DNA of 64,000 nt, taken from assembly GCA_963793485.1 (NCBI GenBank), contig CAWCAB010000002.1, forward strand, positions 1,061,055 to 1,125,054, written 5' to 3'. A program made the translations under genes and the position numbers. Of the stretch, positions 32,199-41,349 are shown piece after piece (position 1 is the stretch's first letter; each line of letters starts with the position of its first letter). The stretch comes from an uncultured Bacteroidota bacterium (GTDB lineage: Bacteria; Bacteroidota; Bacteroidia; Bacteroidales; B18-G4). The notes under the pieces were generated by a model. That model did not search any database, was not told where the DNA came from, and saw only the letters and a program-made list of their open reading frames with translations.

Positions 32199-33497
32199 TT
32201 AATAGATGTTTCCATATATCATCCCTGATACCGTGGCCATTATCACAACAAGAATGATATAATAAAGTGTTTTTTTATTCCCGATCACCGAACGGATCAC
32301 CAGCATATTGGGCAAAGATAATGCCGGTCCGGCCAGCAAGAGTGTTAAGGCCGGTCCTTTTCCCATACCGTTGGCCAGCAGGCCCTGTATAATCGGGATC
32401 TCTGTTAAGGTGGCAAAATACATAAATGCTCCAAAAACGGATGCAAAGAAGTTTGCCATGAATGAATTTCCTCCCAGCAGGGAAGAAATATAATGTTCAG
32501 GGATGATGCCTTTTCCTTCCGGTCCTCCCAGAAGAAAGCCGGCAATCAACACACCTGCTGCCAGTAGTGGCAGGATCTGTTTGGTGAAGAACCAGGTTTC
32601 ACCCAGCCATTCCCGGGATTCACCGGGAGTTGTAGCAATCAGAATGCTGAGAGCAATGATCGCCACTAAGAATGGAAACATGGGTTCCGCAGGGAAAATA
32701 AGGACAGTGATGATTACAGAAACGATCCCTAAAAGTACCTTCCACCAGCTGATATTAAGAACCAACACAAGTATTCCGGCAAGCAATACACCAAAGGCTG
32801 CTGTAAGTTTCCATTTATAGGTCCATATGAAAAAGAGGAATTTGCTTTCAGGCCCCGGGTTACCCCAGTTGGCAAATACCAGGATAAATACGAGAGATAA
32901 AAACAGGCTTGCTATTTGCCACATAGGTTTTGCCCCGGGAGGGACAACAAATCCAATTTGATCTTTTGCACGTTCCTTTTCTTCTTTCCTGAATAAATAT
33001 GCCATAACAAGGCCAATGATCACGCTGAAAACCACGGCACCAATTATTCTTGCAATTCCAAGCTCAAAACCGAGTATTCTGGCAGTGAGAATGATGGCCA
33101 GAATGTTGATGGCAGGACCTGAGTAGAGGAATGCCATGGCCGGGCCCAATCCTGCTCCCCGCTTATATATGCTAGCAAAGAGGGGAAGGATAGTACAGCT
33201 GCATACAGCCAGAATGGTTCCCGACAAGGATGCCACAAGGTATGCTTTCCATTTTTTTGCGGTGGGCCCAAGATACCTGGCTACAGTCCCCTGGCTGATA
33301 TATACTGCAATGACGCCTGCAATAAAAAATGCCGGTATCAGGCAAAGCAATACATGTTCCCTGGCATACCATTTCAGTAATATAAATGCTTCATTTACTG
33401 CATTGTCAAATACCTTGGTACCCGCAGGCATGAAATAAAAAGCAAGGAATGCCAGCAGCATCCAGCCAAAGATCTTAAGTTCCCTTTTCCATTCCAT
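32199..33497 (-). CDS. ArsP/DUF318-type permease
   Basis: Start MEWKRE at 33497; LAVCSCTILPLF, FLYSGPAIN, MYFATLTEIP, GPALSLP. Confidence 0.88.
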   Translation of the reverse strand: MEWKRELKIFGWMLLAFLAFYFMPAGTKVFDNAVNEAFILLKWYAREHVLLCLIPAFFIAGVIAVYISQGTVARYLGPTAKKWKAYLVASLSGTILAVCSCTILPLFASIYKRGAGLGPAMAFLYSGPAINILAIILTARILGFELGIARIIGAVVFSVIIGLVMAYLFRKEEKERAKDQIGFVVPPGAKPMWQIASLFLSLVFILVFANWGNPGPESKFLFFIWTYKWKLTAAFGVLLAGILVLVLNISWWKVLLGIVSVIITVLIFPAEPMFPFLVAIIALSILIATTPGESREWLGETWFFTKQILPLLAAGVLIAGFLLGGPEGKGIIPEHYISSLLGGNSFMANFFASVFGAFMYFATLTEIPIIQGLLANGMGKGPALTLLLAGPALSLPNMLVIRSVIGNKKTLYYIILVVIMATVSGMIYGNIY

Positions 33498-33507
33498 AAG
33501 TTCGTAA

Positions 33508-34206
33508 TCAGAAATAAAATATCCAGATAAAATATAAGCCGGTAGCAATAAATAGAACAGCAACGATCCTCCTGAACCAAAATTCAAAAGTTTTCAATTT
33601 GTTATAAAGAGTGCCTACTCCGGAAAGTGTAAATGCAATCAGCCAGGCCACAATGATGACCGGCAGGCCGGTTGCAAGGGCAAAAACCGGAGGAAGCAAG
33701 AGATTACTGCTTTCAATGGTCAGGGGGATAAGGAGTAGAAAATACAATACGCCGCTGTATGGGCAAAAGGCCAGTGCAAACACCACTCCCAGGAGGAACA
33801 TACTCAGGTAAGACCCTGAATCTACCTTTAATCTCTTTTGCCAATCGATCTTGCCAATCCTGAGCCAGTCCCATGGGATTACATTCAGCATTAGAATACC
33901 AATGATAAGTAATATTGGGCCCAGCAAACGTTCTCCATATCCCTGGAATATGTCAGAGATCTTATAACCACTTGCACCATAATAGATCGCAACCCCAAGG
34001 CTGGTATAGGATATCATCCTCCCCAAAGTGTAGATCAATCCGTTATAGAAGACTTTTCTTCTATTCTCCAGATCTTTTCCTATATAAGCAATAGCTGTGA
34101 TATTGGTGGCAAGCGGACATGGGCTTATTGCCATCATCAAACCAAGGATGAAAGCCGACAGCAATGGCCATTGCGACTGATCGAGTAAATGCTGGAGATA
34201 TTCCAT
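33508..34206 (-). CDS. ArsG-family (CcdA/DsbD-beta-like) membrane protein
   Basis: AISPCPLATNI and LAFCPYSG; multiple TM helices. Confidence 0.85.
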   Translation of the reverse strand: MEYLQHLLDQSQWPLLSAFILGLMMAISPCPLATNITAIAYIGKDLENRRKVFYNGLIYTLGRMISYTSLGVAIYYGASGYKISDIFQGYGERLLGPILLIIGILMLNVIPWDWLRIGKIDWQKRLKVDSGSYLSMFLLGVVFALAFCPYSGVLYFLLLIPLTIESSNLLLPPVFALATGLPVIIVAWLIAFTLSGVGTLYNKLKTFEFWFRRIVAVLFIATGLYFIWIFYF

Positions 34207-34228
34207 GCTTAATAATCGCGGAACTGCC

Positions 34229-34663
34229 TTATAGCATTTCTTTTACAGTGAGGATGATCTTTTCGGTGAGCTCTTCAGGACTTCCTACTGCTTTTTGGAA
34301 AGCAAAAGCTGTCAGATCTTCTTTATTCTGTCCGTCAAAGACAAACAGACCGGAACCACTCAGTTCAAATCTATCCTTGATCTCATTATTTTCGGGCTCA
34401 TCAATGTTAAGGTCTTTGAAAATAACATTGGTATTTTCCCCAAAGGCTTCTGCAATGGTTTGTTTGCTCACGCTTCCAACAGCCTTGCAGGTTGCACATC
34501 GGCGGTCACCATGAAAGTAATAAACAGTTACCGTATTCTCCCCTTCCTGCAGGGTCTGGGCAGATTGATCAGATTCAGATTGGCTTGTCTGGCTGTTGCA
34601 GGATGTGAATGCTGCAAACATTAGCAGAAAGCAAGTAGCAGTGATAATACTTAATTTTTTCAT
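34229..34663 (-). CDS. ArsF-family thioredoxin-like lipoprotein
   Basis: Lipobox FTSC; VYYFHGDRRCATC. Confidence 0.82.
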   Translation of the reverse strand: MKKLSIITATCFLLMFAAFTSCNSQTSQSESDQSAQTLQEGENTVTVYYFHGDRRCATCKAVGSVSKQTIAEAFGENTNVIFKDLNIDEPENNEIKDRFELSGSGLFVFDGQNKEDLTAFAFQKAVGSPEELTEKIILTVKEML

Positions 34664-34671
34664 GCGTATAA

Positions 34672-34911
34672 TTATTGAGTTATAAATGATTTTATCTCTT
34701 TTTCGGAAGGTAATCGTCCGCTCACTTTAACTTCTCCTTCTACCACAAGCCCGGGGGTTGAAATAATGCCATATTTCATGATCTCCATGATATCTTCTAC
34801 TTTCTCGATATTTGCCTCGATCCCGGCTTCACTAACTACCTTTTTTGTGATCCTTTCCAGACTGCTGCATTTGGGGCAGCCTGTCCCTAAAATTTTAATT
34901 TCGATGGCCAT
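34672..34911 (-). CDS. Small redox-active disulfide protein (thioredoxin family)
   Basis: IKILGTGCPKC, TPGLVV, GRLPS. Confidence 0.92.
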   Translation of the reverse strand: MAIEIKILGTGCPKCSSLERITKKVVSEAGIEANIEKVEDIMEIMKYGIISTPGLVVEGEVKVSGRLPSEKEIKSFITQ

Positions 34912-34930
34912 AATTTATTAATATTTCGTA

Positions 34931-34948
34931 GTTCGTAAAAATACGAAC
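34931..34948. promoter_or_regulatory. Putative ArsR operator 2
   Basis: Palindrome GTTCGTA-AAAA-TACGAAC abutting an imperfect minus-strand -7 box (AACCTTTG). Confidence 0.75.
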
Positions 34949-34968
34949 AAAGGTTTCTAAAAAAAATT

Positions 34969-35268
34969 CTAATCACCAAAAAAAGCAGAGAAATTCTTTT
35001 TGGCAAATTCCCAGTTTTCCTTATTGAGGCAATACTTGATCTTTGGAGGTTCAGTTTCACCCTGTATTAAGCCGGCATCCTTAAGTTCTTTCAGGTGCTG
35101 CGAAAGGGTGGATTTTGCTACCGGCAGGATATCCGAGATATCTCCGCTGTAGCAACAGGATTGCTTCGATAATAGCTCCAGTACATAAACCCTGATCGGA
35201 TGACCCAGGGCTTTGGCAACTCTTGCAATCCTTTTTTGCTCCTCTGTGATGATAATCTGATCTTCCAT
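34969..35268 (-). CDS. arsR: ArsR/SmtB family transcriptional regulator
   Basis: KALGHPIR, SCCYSG, STLSQHLKELK.AGLI, KYC; start MEDQ at 35268. Confidence 0.92.
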   Translation of the reverse strand: MEDQIIITEEQKRIARVAKALGHPIRVYVLELLSKQSCCYSGDISDILPVAKSTLSQHLKELKDAGLIQGETEPPKIKYCLNKENWEFAKKNFSAFFGD

Positions 35269-35272
35269 GGAT

Positions 35273-35290
35273 GTTCGTATATTTACGAAC
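35273..35290. promoter_or_regulatory. Putative ArsR operator 1 (autoregulation)
   Basis: Palindrome GTTCGTA-TATT-TACGAAC between the TACCTTTG -7 box (35290-35297, minus) and the arsR ATG. Confidence 0.8.
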
Positions 35291-35318
35291 AAAGGTAAAA
35301 GAAAAAGCAAGAATGAAA

Positions 35319-36221
35319 TTATTTTTGGTGGATAATTTTTTTATCGTCACAGGTTCCGAACTCAAACTGTACGGTAAGATGCCCTATCTGATACTTATCA
35401 TGAAGGATGTTTGCCATTTGTTCTTTGAGCGATGATGTTTCACTAACGCTCAGGTCTGTTTCAAGGTCAGCATGGCACTCAAAATGAAATTCTTTTTCGC
35501 TTAGGCCCCACACATGCACATGGTGGATATTGGCTATATCTTTGATCTGTTCAAGATCATTGATGACATCATGAAGCTCCATCCCCTCCGGGCTGGCCTG
35601 CATAAGGATATTGAATGATTGACGGAATACATTCCAGGTTTCTTTTATGATATAAATGCTTATCAGGATGGTAATCAGCGGATCTACCCAATAAATTTCA
35701 TAGAAATAGATCAAAATCCCGCCAACGATCACAGCAAAGGAGGAGAGTGTATCTCCCAACAAATGTAAATAGGCAGAGCGGATGTTCAGGCTGTCGCCGG
35801 AATGTTTTTTGAGCAGCAAGACTGCCAGCAGGTTAAATATCAGTCCGGCCGATGCAACGATCAGCATCAGCAAACCTTTAACGGGCTCGGGCTGTGAAAA
35901 CCTGATGATAGCCTCATAAACCAGAAATACTGATATCCCTATCAGAACAAGGGCATTAAAGAATGCTGCCAGGATCTCAACCCGCTTATAACCAAAAGTC
36001 TTTTTTTCGTTGGAACTCCGGTTACTAACTTTTGCGGCAATGTAAGCCAGCAATATGGCAATGGTGTCGCTGAGGTTGTGAAGGGCATCCGAGAGCAAGG
36101 CAAGGCTGTTGGCCATGATGCCCCCAATGATCTCCACTACAGTAATGAAGACATTTAAAAGAGTGGCCCATAGCAGGCTTTTATTGCTGCTTGTATTCGA
36201 ATGATGATGATGGTGTCCCAT
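35319..36221 (-). CDS. Cation diffusion facilitator (CzcD/ZitB-like)
   Basis: N-terminal His run, SLALLSDALHNLSD, TFGYKRVE, HLLGD, IHHVHVW. Confidence 0.93.
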   Translation of the reverse strand: MGHHHHHSNTSSNKSLLWATLLNVFITVVEIIGGIMANSLALLSDALHNLSDTIAILLAYIAAKVSNRSSNEKKTFGYKRVEILAAFFNALVLIGISVFLVYEAIIRFSQPEPVKGLLMLIVASAGLIFNLLAVLLLKKHSGDSLNIRSAYLHLLGDTLSSFAVIVGGILIYFYEIYWVDPLITILISIYIIKETWNVFRQSFNILMQASPEGMELHDVINDLEQIKDIANIHHVHVWGLSEKEFHFECHADLETDLSVSETSSLKEQMANILHDKYQIGHLTVQFEFGTCDDKKIIHQK

Positions 36222-36242
36222 AATGTTCAAGTTCCACTTCCA

Positions 36243-36878
36243 TTAACAATGACCTTCACAGGAACAACTTAAGCCTTTCGCTTTTCGAAAGGATTCCATT
36301 CCTTCCCTGAATGCAAAAAAAGCAATTCCCAGGGATCCTGCGATGTCAAAATACGAAATTCTGAAGAATTCATAAAGAAGGCTGGAAACCAGGAGGACAA
36401 TGGACAGATAGAAACATGTGCGGGTGCAATGAGCATCTGCAATAATAGCAGCAGAACCTAAACGTCTTCCTACTTTAAGCTTAGCTGCCATAAGGATATA
36501 CATGCTCAGGATAGAAATTGAAGATATAATAATTCCAGGAATAGTTGTGCTCGGGGCATGTTCCCCGTAAATATTTATTACAGACCCGATAATTAATCCT
36601 GCTGTAAGTACCATGAAGGCCGTTCCGGTAATTCTCAACGCATTTCGTTCAAAACGACCCCGTGAATCATCTCCGGTTTTTCGAAGCTTGATAACCAGAT
36701 GAAGAATACCTATGCCGGAGATAACTTCTACCAGGCTGTCAATACCAAAACCCAGCAGGGATAATGTTTCATCATTGATGCCAAAACTAATCGAAATGAT
36801 TGCTTCAAGCACATTATAAACAATAGTCACAATGGCAAGCCAAAATGCTATTGTCAACAATTGGTTCTTATTTACCAA
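36243..36878 (-). CDS. Cation transporter (CDF TM domain only)
   Basis: YNVLEA, GFGIDSLVE, ADAHCTRTC, C-terminal CSCEGHC; TTG start inferred. Confidence 0.8.
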   Translation of the reverse strand: MVNKNQLLTIAFWLAIVTIVYNVLEAIISISFGINDETLSLLGFGIDSLVEVISGIGILHLVIKLRKTGDDSRGRFERNALRITGTAFMVLTAGLIIGSVINIYGEHAPSTTIPGIIISSISILSMYILMAAKLKVGRRLGSAAIIADAHCTRTCFYLSIVLLVSSLLYEFFRISYFDIAGSLGIAFFAFREGMESFRKAKGLSCSCEGHC

Positions 36879-36889
36879 GGAATCGGACT

Positions 36890-37249
36890 TTAATGTGGTG
36901 TAACTCCTTTTTTGCAACAAGCCGGAAGCTTTGCATAGGCTTTAGGATCAGCCTCTACATCATCGGCATCATATCCAAGCTTAGAGATGGCTTCCCTGAG
37001 CTTTTTGGGATCAGTCTTTGATGTTTTGTAGGTGATGGTAACAATCTTGGTTTTATCATCCAGCTCCACCGAAGTCACACCCTTTTCAAATGCCATATTT
37101 GATTCGATGCGTTCCTCGCACATTCCGCAAATGGCTGAGGTCTGAATCTTGATCTTTTTGGTTTTAGGTTCCGGGTCCTGTGCCGTCAGATGACTGCTCA
37201 TCATAATGGCCAGAAATGCAATAAATAGTATTCTAATATATGTTTTCAT
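36890..37249 (-). CDS. Periplasmic heavy-metal-associated (HMA) domain protein
   Basis: Signal peptide, CGMC, YAKLPACC. Confidence 0.88.
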   Translation of the reverse strand: MKTYIRILFIAFLAIMMSSHLTAQDPEPKTKKIKIQTSAICGMCEERIESNMAFEKGVTSVELDDKTKIVTITYKTSKTDPKKLREAISKLGYDADDVEADPKAYAKLPACCKKGVTPH

Positions 37250-37255
37250 AATGGT

Positions 37256-37525
37256 TTATTTAATTCTGCCAATGGCGCAGCTGACGTAGGATTTTACTTT
37301 CTGATTAATGTTCCCGGTACCCTCTTCAGGATAACCCAGCTTTCTTAATTTCTCAACAAAAATCTCACGCATCCTGTTCTTGCCTGCATAGTCGATCTTA
37401 ACAGATGATTTATCTACATCCACATCCACATTAATCACTTCACCTATCCAGGCCAATTCCCTGCTAATGGATTTAGCACATCCGTGGCATTTTAGATTAT
37501 CAACAACAATGGTTTCTGTTTTCAT
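37256..37525 (-). CDS. Cytoplasmic HMA domain protein
   Basis: NLKCHGC, LGYP, KSYVSCAIGR. Confidence 0.88.
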   Translation of the reverse strand: MKTETIVVDNLKCHGCAKSISRELAWIGEVINVDVDVDKSSVKIDYAGKNRMREIFVEKLRKLGYPEEGTGNINQKVKSYVSCAIGRIK

Positions 37526-37563
37526 ATTTTCAATTTCCTTTATCTTCCCTCTTTATCTTCTAT

Positions 37564-39804
37564 TTATAATGTAAACCTCAAACCGAGGTAAATGTTCATT
37601 CCTGATACTGGCCCCCAGATCATTGAAGAGTCAAAATATTTCCCAAACGGCTTGTCAGCAGCGATGATGGGGTCTTTCTGCTTGTAATTGGTAAGATTTT
37701 CTCCACCCAGATAAATATTCCATTTTTTGAAGTATTTGGTTATCTGTGCATTCATAATGATATATGCCGGGGCGGAAGTACTCCTCTGGTACTCTGGAGG
37801 ATTGCTTTCTGTCCCGGGAATCCTGCTAGGTCCGTTGAACTGTGTGGTAAAATCGAATTGCCATTTCTTCTGATTAGTGGCATAAGAGAGGTTGATCAAT
37901 CCTTTGTAACGATTGAGCAGAGGTTTCTCCTGTAGCTTGTTATTTGTTGTCATCTTCACGTCATTGTACCTGAAAGCAAGTGTAACATCAAGGCCTTTGA
38001 CGAGCTCATAGGCAGCCTCTATTTGGTAAGCAGTTGAATAGGACTTGCCGTCAAGATTATAAATATAAACGGACTGCGGATCCCTGTCAAAATCCAGGAT
38101 CACCTGGTTCATGAAATACGTATAATATACATCACCGCTAAGTCGCAATTCCTTACCCATGATGTCGATATACTGAGTAAGATTGATACCTGCATTAAAT
38201 GCTTCTTCTTGCTTCTGGTCCTCAGTAACATAGAGTATTCTGGAGGTGGCCAAGATAGAATTATTCTCTGCGATAACCTTGGCAGTCCTATATCCTAAGC
38301 CGGCGGATGCTCTCAGAATGGTGTGTTCTGTGATGTTGTATTTCAGATGGAACCTAGGAGTAAAAAAAGCACCGAAGATATTGTGATAATCACCCCTGAT
38401 CCCGGCAATGATGCTCAGTTTCTCGTCGAGCTTATAGGTATATTGGAAAAATATCCCTGGTATTCGTTCAAAGCTGTTAAAGGCGCTGTCGTTCAGGTTT
38501 TCGATATAGTTACTCATTTCAAAACTGAAACCTGTAGTAAAATTGTGGCGAGTATTTCCGATATATGACTGAAACAAGAGGTTCAGGTAATAGCTGTTCT
38601 CTTCGGCATCATAATCATTCAATCCAAAATAGGAGTTTTGCTTATGATGTGTGAAATTCTGGATCATGGCAATGCTGGTTGCAGGCCTGTTTTCAAATAT
38701 ATAACCTCCTTTCCAGAATGCTTCATAGCGCCTGGTTTTCACACTAATTCCATATGGGTTGCTTGTATCTCTGACCATGTCGGGTGAGAAGTTTTTTTGC
38801 CCTCCGGTCCTGTTTTCATCCAGCACCTTAAATCCAAATTGAGTGCTGAAATGATCACTCCTATACTTCCAGCGGTTAAAGAAATTGAATTGCCTGATCA
38901 TTGGCATATCCAGGAAGGAGTCATCATTGTCGTCAACCTTATTGGAGAGGTTCTCAGCGTGGGCAAAGATGGCAGTGCTCCATTTATCATTGATCTTGAT
39001 CCCGCTGATGGCGTTGCCTTCAACTTTTCCATGCATATTTACATAAGCATTCAGAAAGAGTTTATCGGCAAGATCAGGTTTCAGGTATTCAATATTGATC
39101 TGCCCCGCAATGGCTTCAAAACCATTAATCACAGCAGATGTCCCTTTAGAGATCTGGATGGATTCCATCCAGCTTCCCGGAATATAACCCAGTCCGAAGG
39201 ATGTGGCCAGACCACGCAGATTAGGGATGTTTTCTGTCATGAGTTGGCTATAAGTGCCCCGCAAGCCGAGGAGCTGTATTTGCTTGGCGCCCGTAACAGC
39301 ATCGCTGAACGATACATCCACCGAGGCATTGGTTTCAAAGCTCTCGGAGAGATTGCAGCAGGCAGCCTTCTGTAATTCTGCCCCCGTGATGTTTTGCGTA
39401 TGAATAGGATCCAGCCTCGAGAAAAATGCGCCTGAAGCTTTATTGGTGATCACCACTTCTTTCAAAGTATTGTTCACCTCCAGGATGATCTCAATCTCAT
39501 GTTGCCCGTTGTTGATGTAGACTGAGTCATTTTTATATCCGATAAAACTGATCACAAGGATGGGATCTGCATCAGAGGGGAAATCGAGATGAAACTCTCC
39601 ATTTTCATTTGTGGATGTCCCTTGCGTTGTGCCTGCCCAATAAATATTGGCGCCTGGCAATGGCTCCTGGTGGTTATGGGCATGTTGCCCGTGCTCATCA
39701 CCCTCTCTTTCTTCAAAATGGTAAACGATCCCTTCCAGATGCTGGGAAAAGGAAATAGCGAAAATGCTAAAAAAAATGAGTGTAAAAATTGTTTTCAAAT
39801 ACAT
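37564..39804 (-). CDS. TonB-dependent receptor (metal-associated type)
   Basis: Carboxypeptidase-regulatory-like N-domain, LQKAACCNLSESFETN plug, C-terminal IYLGLRFTL. Confidence 0.92.
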   Translation of the reverse strand: MYLKTIFTLIFFSIFAISFSQHLEGIVYHFEEREGDEHGQHAHNHQEPLPGANIYWAGTTQGTSTNENGEFHLDFPSDADPILVISFIGYKNDSVYINNGQHEIEIILEVNNTLKEVVITNKASGAFFSRLDPIHTQNITGAELQKAACCNLSESFETNASVDVSFSDAVTGAKQIQLLGLRGTYSQLMTENIPNLRGLATSFGLGYIPGSWMESIQISKGTSAVINGFEAIAGQINIEYLKPDLADKLFLNAYVNMHGKVEGNAISGIKINDKWSTAIFAHAENLSNKVDDNDDSFLDMPMIRQFNFFNRWKYRSDHFSTQFGFKVLDENRTGGQKNFSPDMVRDTSNPYGISVKTRRYEAFWKGGYIFENRPATSIAMIQNFTHHKQNSYFGLNDYDAEENSYYLNLLFQSYIGNTRHNFTTGFSFEMSNYIENLNDSAFNSFERIPGIFFQYTYKLDEKLSIIAGIRGDYHNIFGAFFTPRFHLKYNITEHTILRASAGLGYRTAKVIAENNSILATSRILYVTEDQKQEEAFNAGINLTQYIDIMGKELRLSGDVYYTYFMNQVILDFDRDPQSVYIYNLDGKSYSTAYQIEAAYELVKGLDVTLAFRYNDVKMTTNNKLQEKPLLNRYKGLINLSYATNQKKWQFDFTTQFNGPSRIPGTESNPPEYQRSTSAPAYIIMNAQITKYFKKWNIYLGGENLTNYKQKDPIIAADKPFGKYFDSSMIWGPVSGMNIYLGLRFTL

Positions 39805-39860
39805 AGTAAATCCTCTGTTTAAATAGTAAAATGGCAGAAAAGGCTTTGTGCCCAATCAGA

Positions 39861-40337
39861 TTAAACAGAAGGATAGGGGATATTCAGCTGGTGAAGGAAG
39901 ATATGCAATGACTTGCCCGATAGCGGGGGCGGAAGGTCATCACAAATCACTATTTGGTTGATCTCCCTTCGAGGAGAAGTGATATCAGGTTCTTGCCCTG
40001 CCGTGACAGGTTCAAACTCCTGGATGATCTTGTTGCTATAATCCTGCAGGTTGAGTGTAATGTTCAGTTTTACCAGGTAATGTTCTGTATCGCAACACTT
40101 GCTTTCAATACAGGACTCTCCTTCTTCGTCAGTCGTTGGCAATTGACAGCACGAAGGCAAGTCTGCATCATATACTTGATCAGAATGAACACATTCAAAC
40201 TCAGGGATGATGAAGGAAATTTCTGTTGTTTTTTCAGTGCGGCAGGAATGCTTAAATACATTAAATCCGCTGGTTGCAACCAGAATAATTGCAGCAAGGG
40301 CAAGGGACATTGTATTTATGATGATTCCTTTAAGCAT
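39861..40337 (-). CDS. HYC_CC_PP-like Cys-rich protein
   Basis: Hydrophobic N-terminus, FKHSC, two CC pairs, PPP near C-terminus; directly upstream of the TonB receptor. Confidence 0.7.
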   Translation of the reverse strand: MLKGIIINTMSLALAAIILVATSGFNVFKHSCRTEKTTEISFIIPEFECVHSDQVYDADLPSCCQLPTTDEEGESCIESKCCDTEHYLVKLNITLNLQDYSNKIIQEFEPVTAGQEPDITSPRREINQIVICDDLPPPLSGKSLHIFLHQLNIPYPSV

Positions 40338-40409
40338 GAGCTTAATTTCTAATAAGAAAACATGCAAAACTATGAATTTGTTTCATACAATATCATAAAA
40401 ATTCTAAAG

Positions 40410-40423
40410 TGCAATCGATTGTA
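40410..40423. promoter_or_regulatory. LacI-type operator-like palindrome
   Basis: TGCAATCGATTGTA in the divergent promoter region. Confidence 0.4.
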
Positions 40424-40550
40424 AATATGAATTAAGATGATTAAATGTAAGGTCCGGGCTGCATTGAGCGTCTAATTATTTGGATTTTATGAAGGAAATA
40501 ATCTAAATTTTTATAAATTTGATAACTCTAATTCTAAGCATTCCCTAGAT

Positions 40551-41318
40551 ATGGATTTACAAATTTTAAAGGTTGAAGTCGTTGATCAAATCGCACTGGT
40601 TACGATTAGTCGACCGGAAGCAATGAATGCCCTTAATACGAGGTTTTTTAATGAGATGGATCAGGTTGTTGCCGACATCAGTCAGCGCAGCGATGTCAGG
40701 GTGATGATCGTTACCGGAGAAGGAAAAGCCTTCGTGGCCGGTGCAGACATAGCTGAGATGGTAGATAAAACACCGGAAGAAGGATCAGCATTTAGCAGGC
40801 TCGGACAAAATACCTTCCGAAGCCTAGGAGAAATGGAAATTCCTGTTATTGCAGCCATCAATGGGTTTGCCCTTGGTGGAGGTCTGGAGCTGGCCATGGG
40901 TTGCGACTTCAGAATTGCAAGTGCCCGGGCAAAATTTGGACAACCGGAGGTGAACCTTGGACTGATCCCCGGCTATGCCGGAACACAGCGATTGCCAAGA
41001 CTTACAGGTATTGCTGATGCACTGTATCTGCTCATGACAGCTGATATGATCGATGCCGCCACTGCGCTCAGGATTGGCCTGGTACAGCAGGTGGTTGAGC
41101 CGGAAGAATTGATGGATACTGTGATGGGGATTGCAAACAATATCATATCAAAAGGTCCGAAAGCGGTTAAGCTGATTAAAAAGGTGGTCAGGCAGGGGAT
41201 GCTGGAAGGCTTTGATGAAGGCTCTGAACTGGAAGCAGAAATGTTTGGTACACTCTTTAAAGATGAAGGTGAAACCGGCATGAAAGCATTCCTGGAAAAG
41301 AGAAAACCTGAGTGGTAA
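40551..41318 (+). CDS. crt: Enoyl-CoA hydratase (crotonase)
   Basis: AFVAGADI, GFALGGGLELA, FGQPEVNLGLIPG; TAAATTTG -7 box near 40514. Confidence 0.92.
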   Translation: MDLQILKVEVVDQIALVTISRPEAMNALNTRFFNEMDQVVADISQRSDVRVMIVTGEGKAFVAGADIAEMVDKTPEEGSAFSRLGQNTFRSLGEMEIPVIAAINGFALGGGLELAMGCDFRIASARAKFGQPEVNLGLIPGYAGTQRLPRLTGIADALYLLMTADMIDAATALRIGLVQQVVEPEELMDTVMGIANNIISKGPKAVKLIKKVVRQGMLEGFDEGSELEAEMFGTLFKDEGETGMKAFLEKRKPEW

Positions 41319-41349
41319 GAGAAATCAATTAAAATCAAATAATCATACT

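Noticed and set aside
30641-40337. Metal block as a mobile genomic island
   Set aside because: No integrase, transposase, tRNA or flanking direct repeats seen, and no obvious compositional shift by eye.
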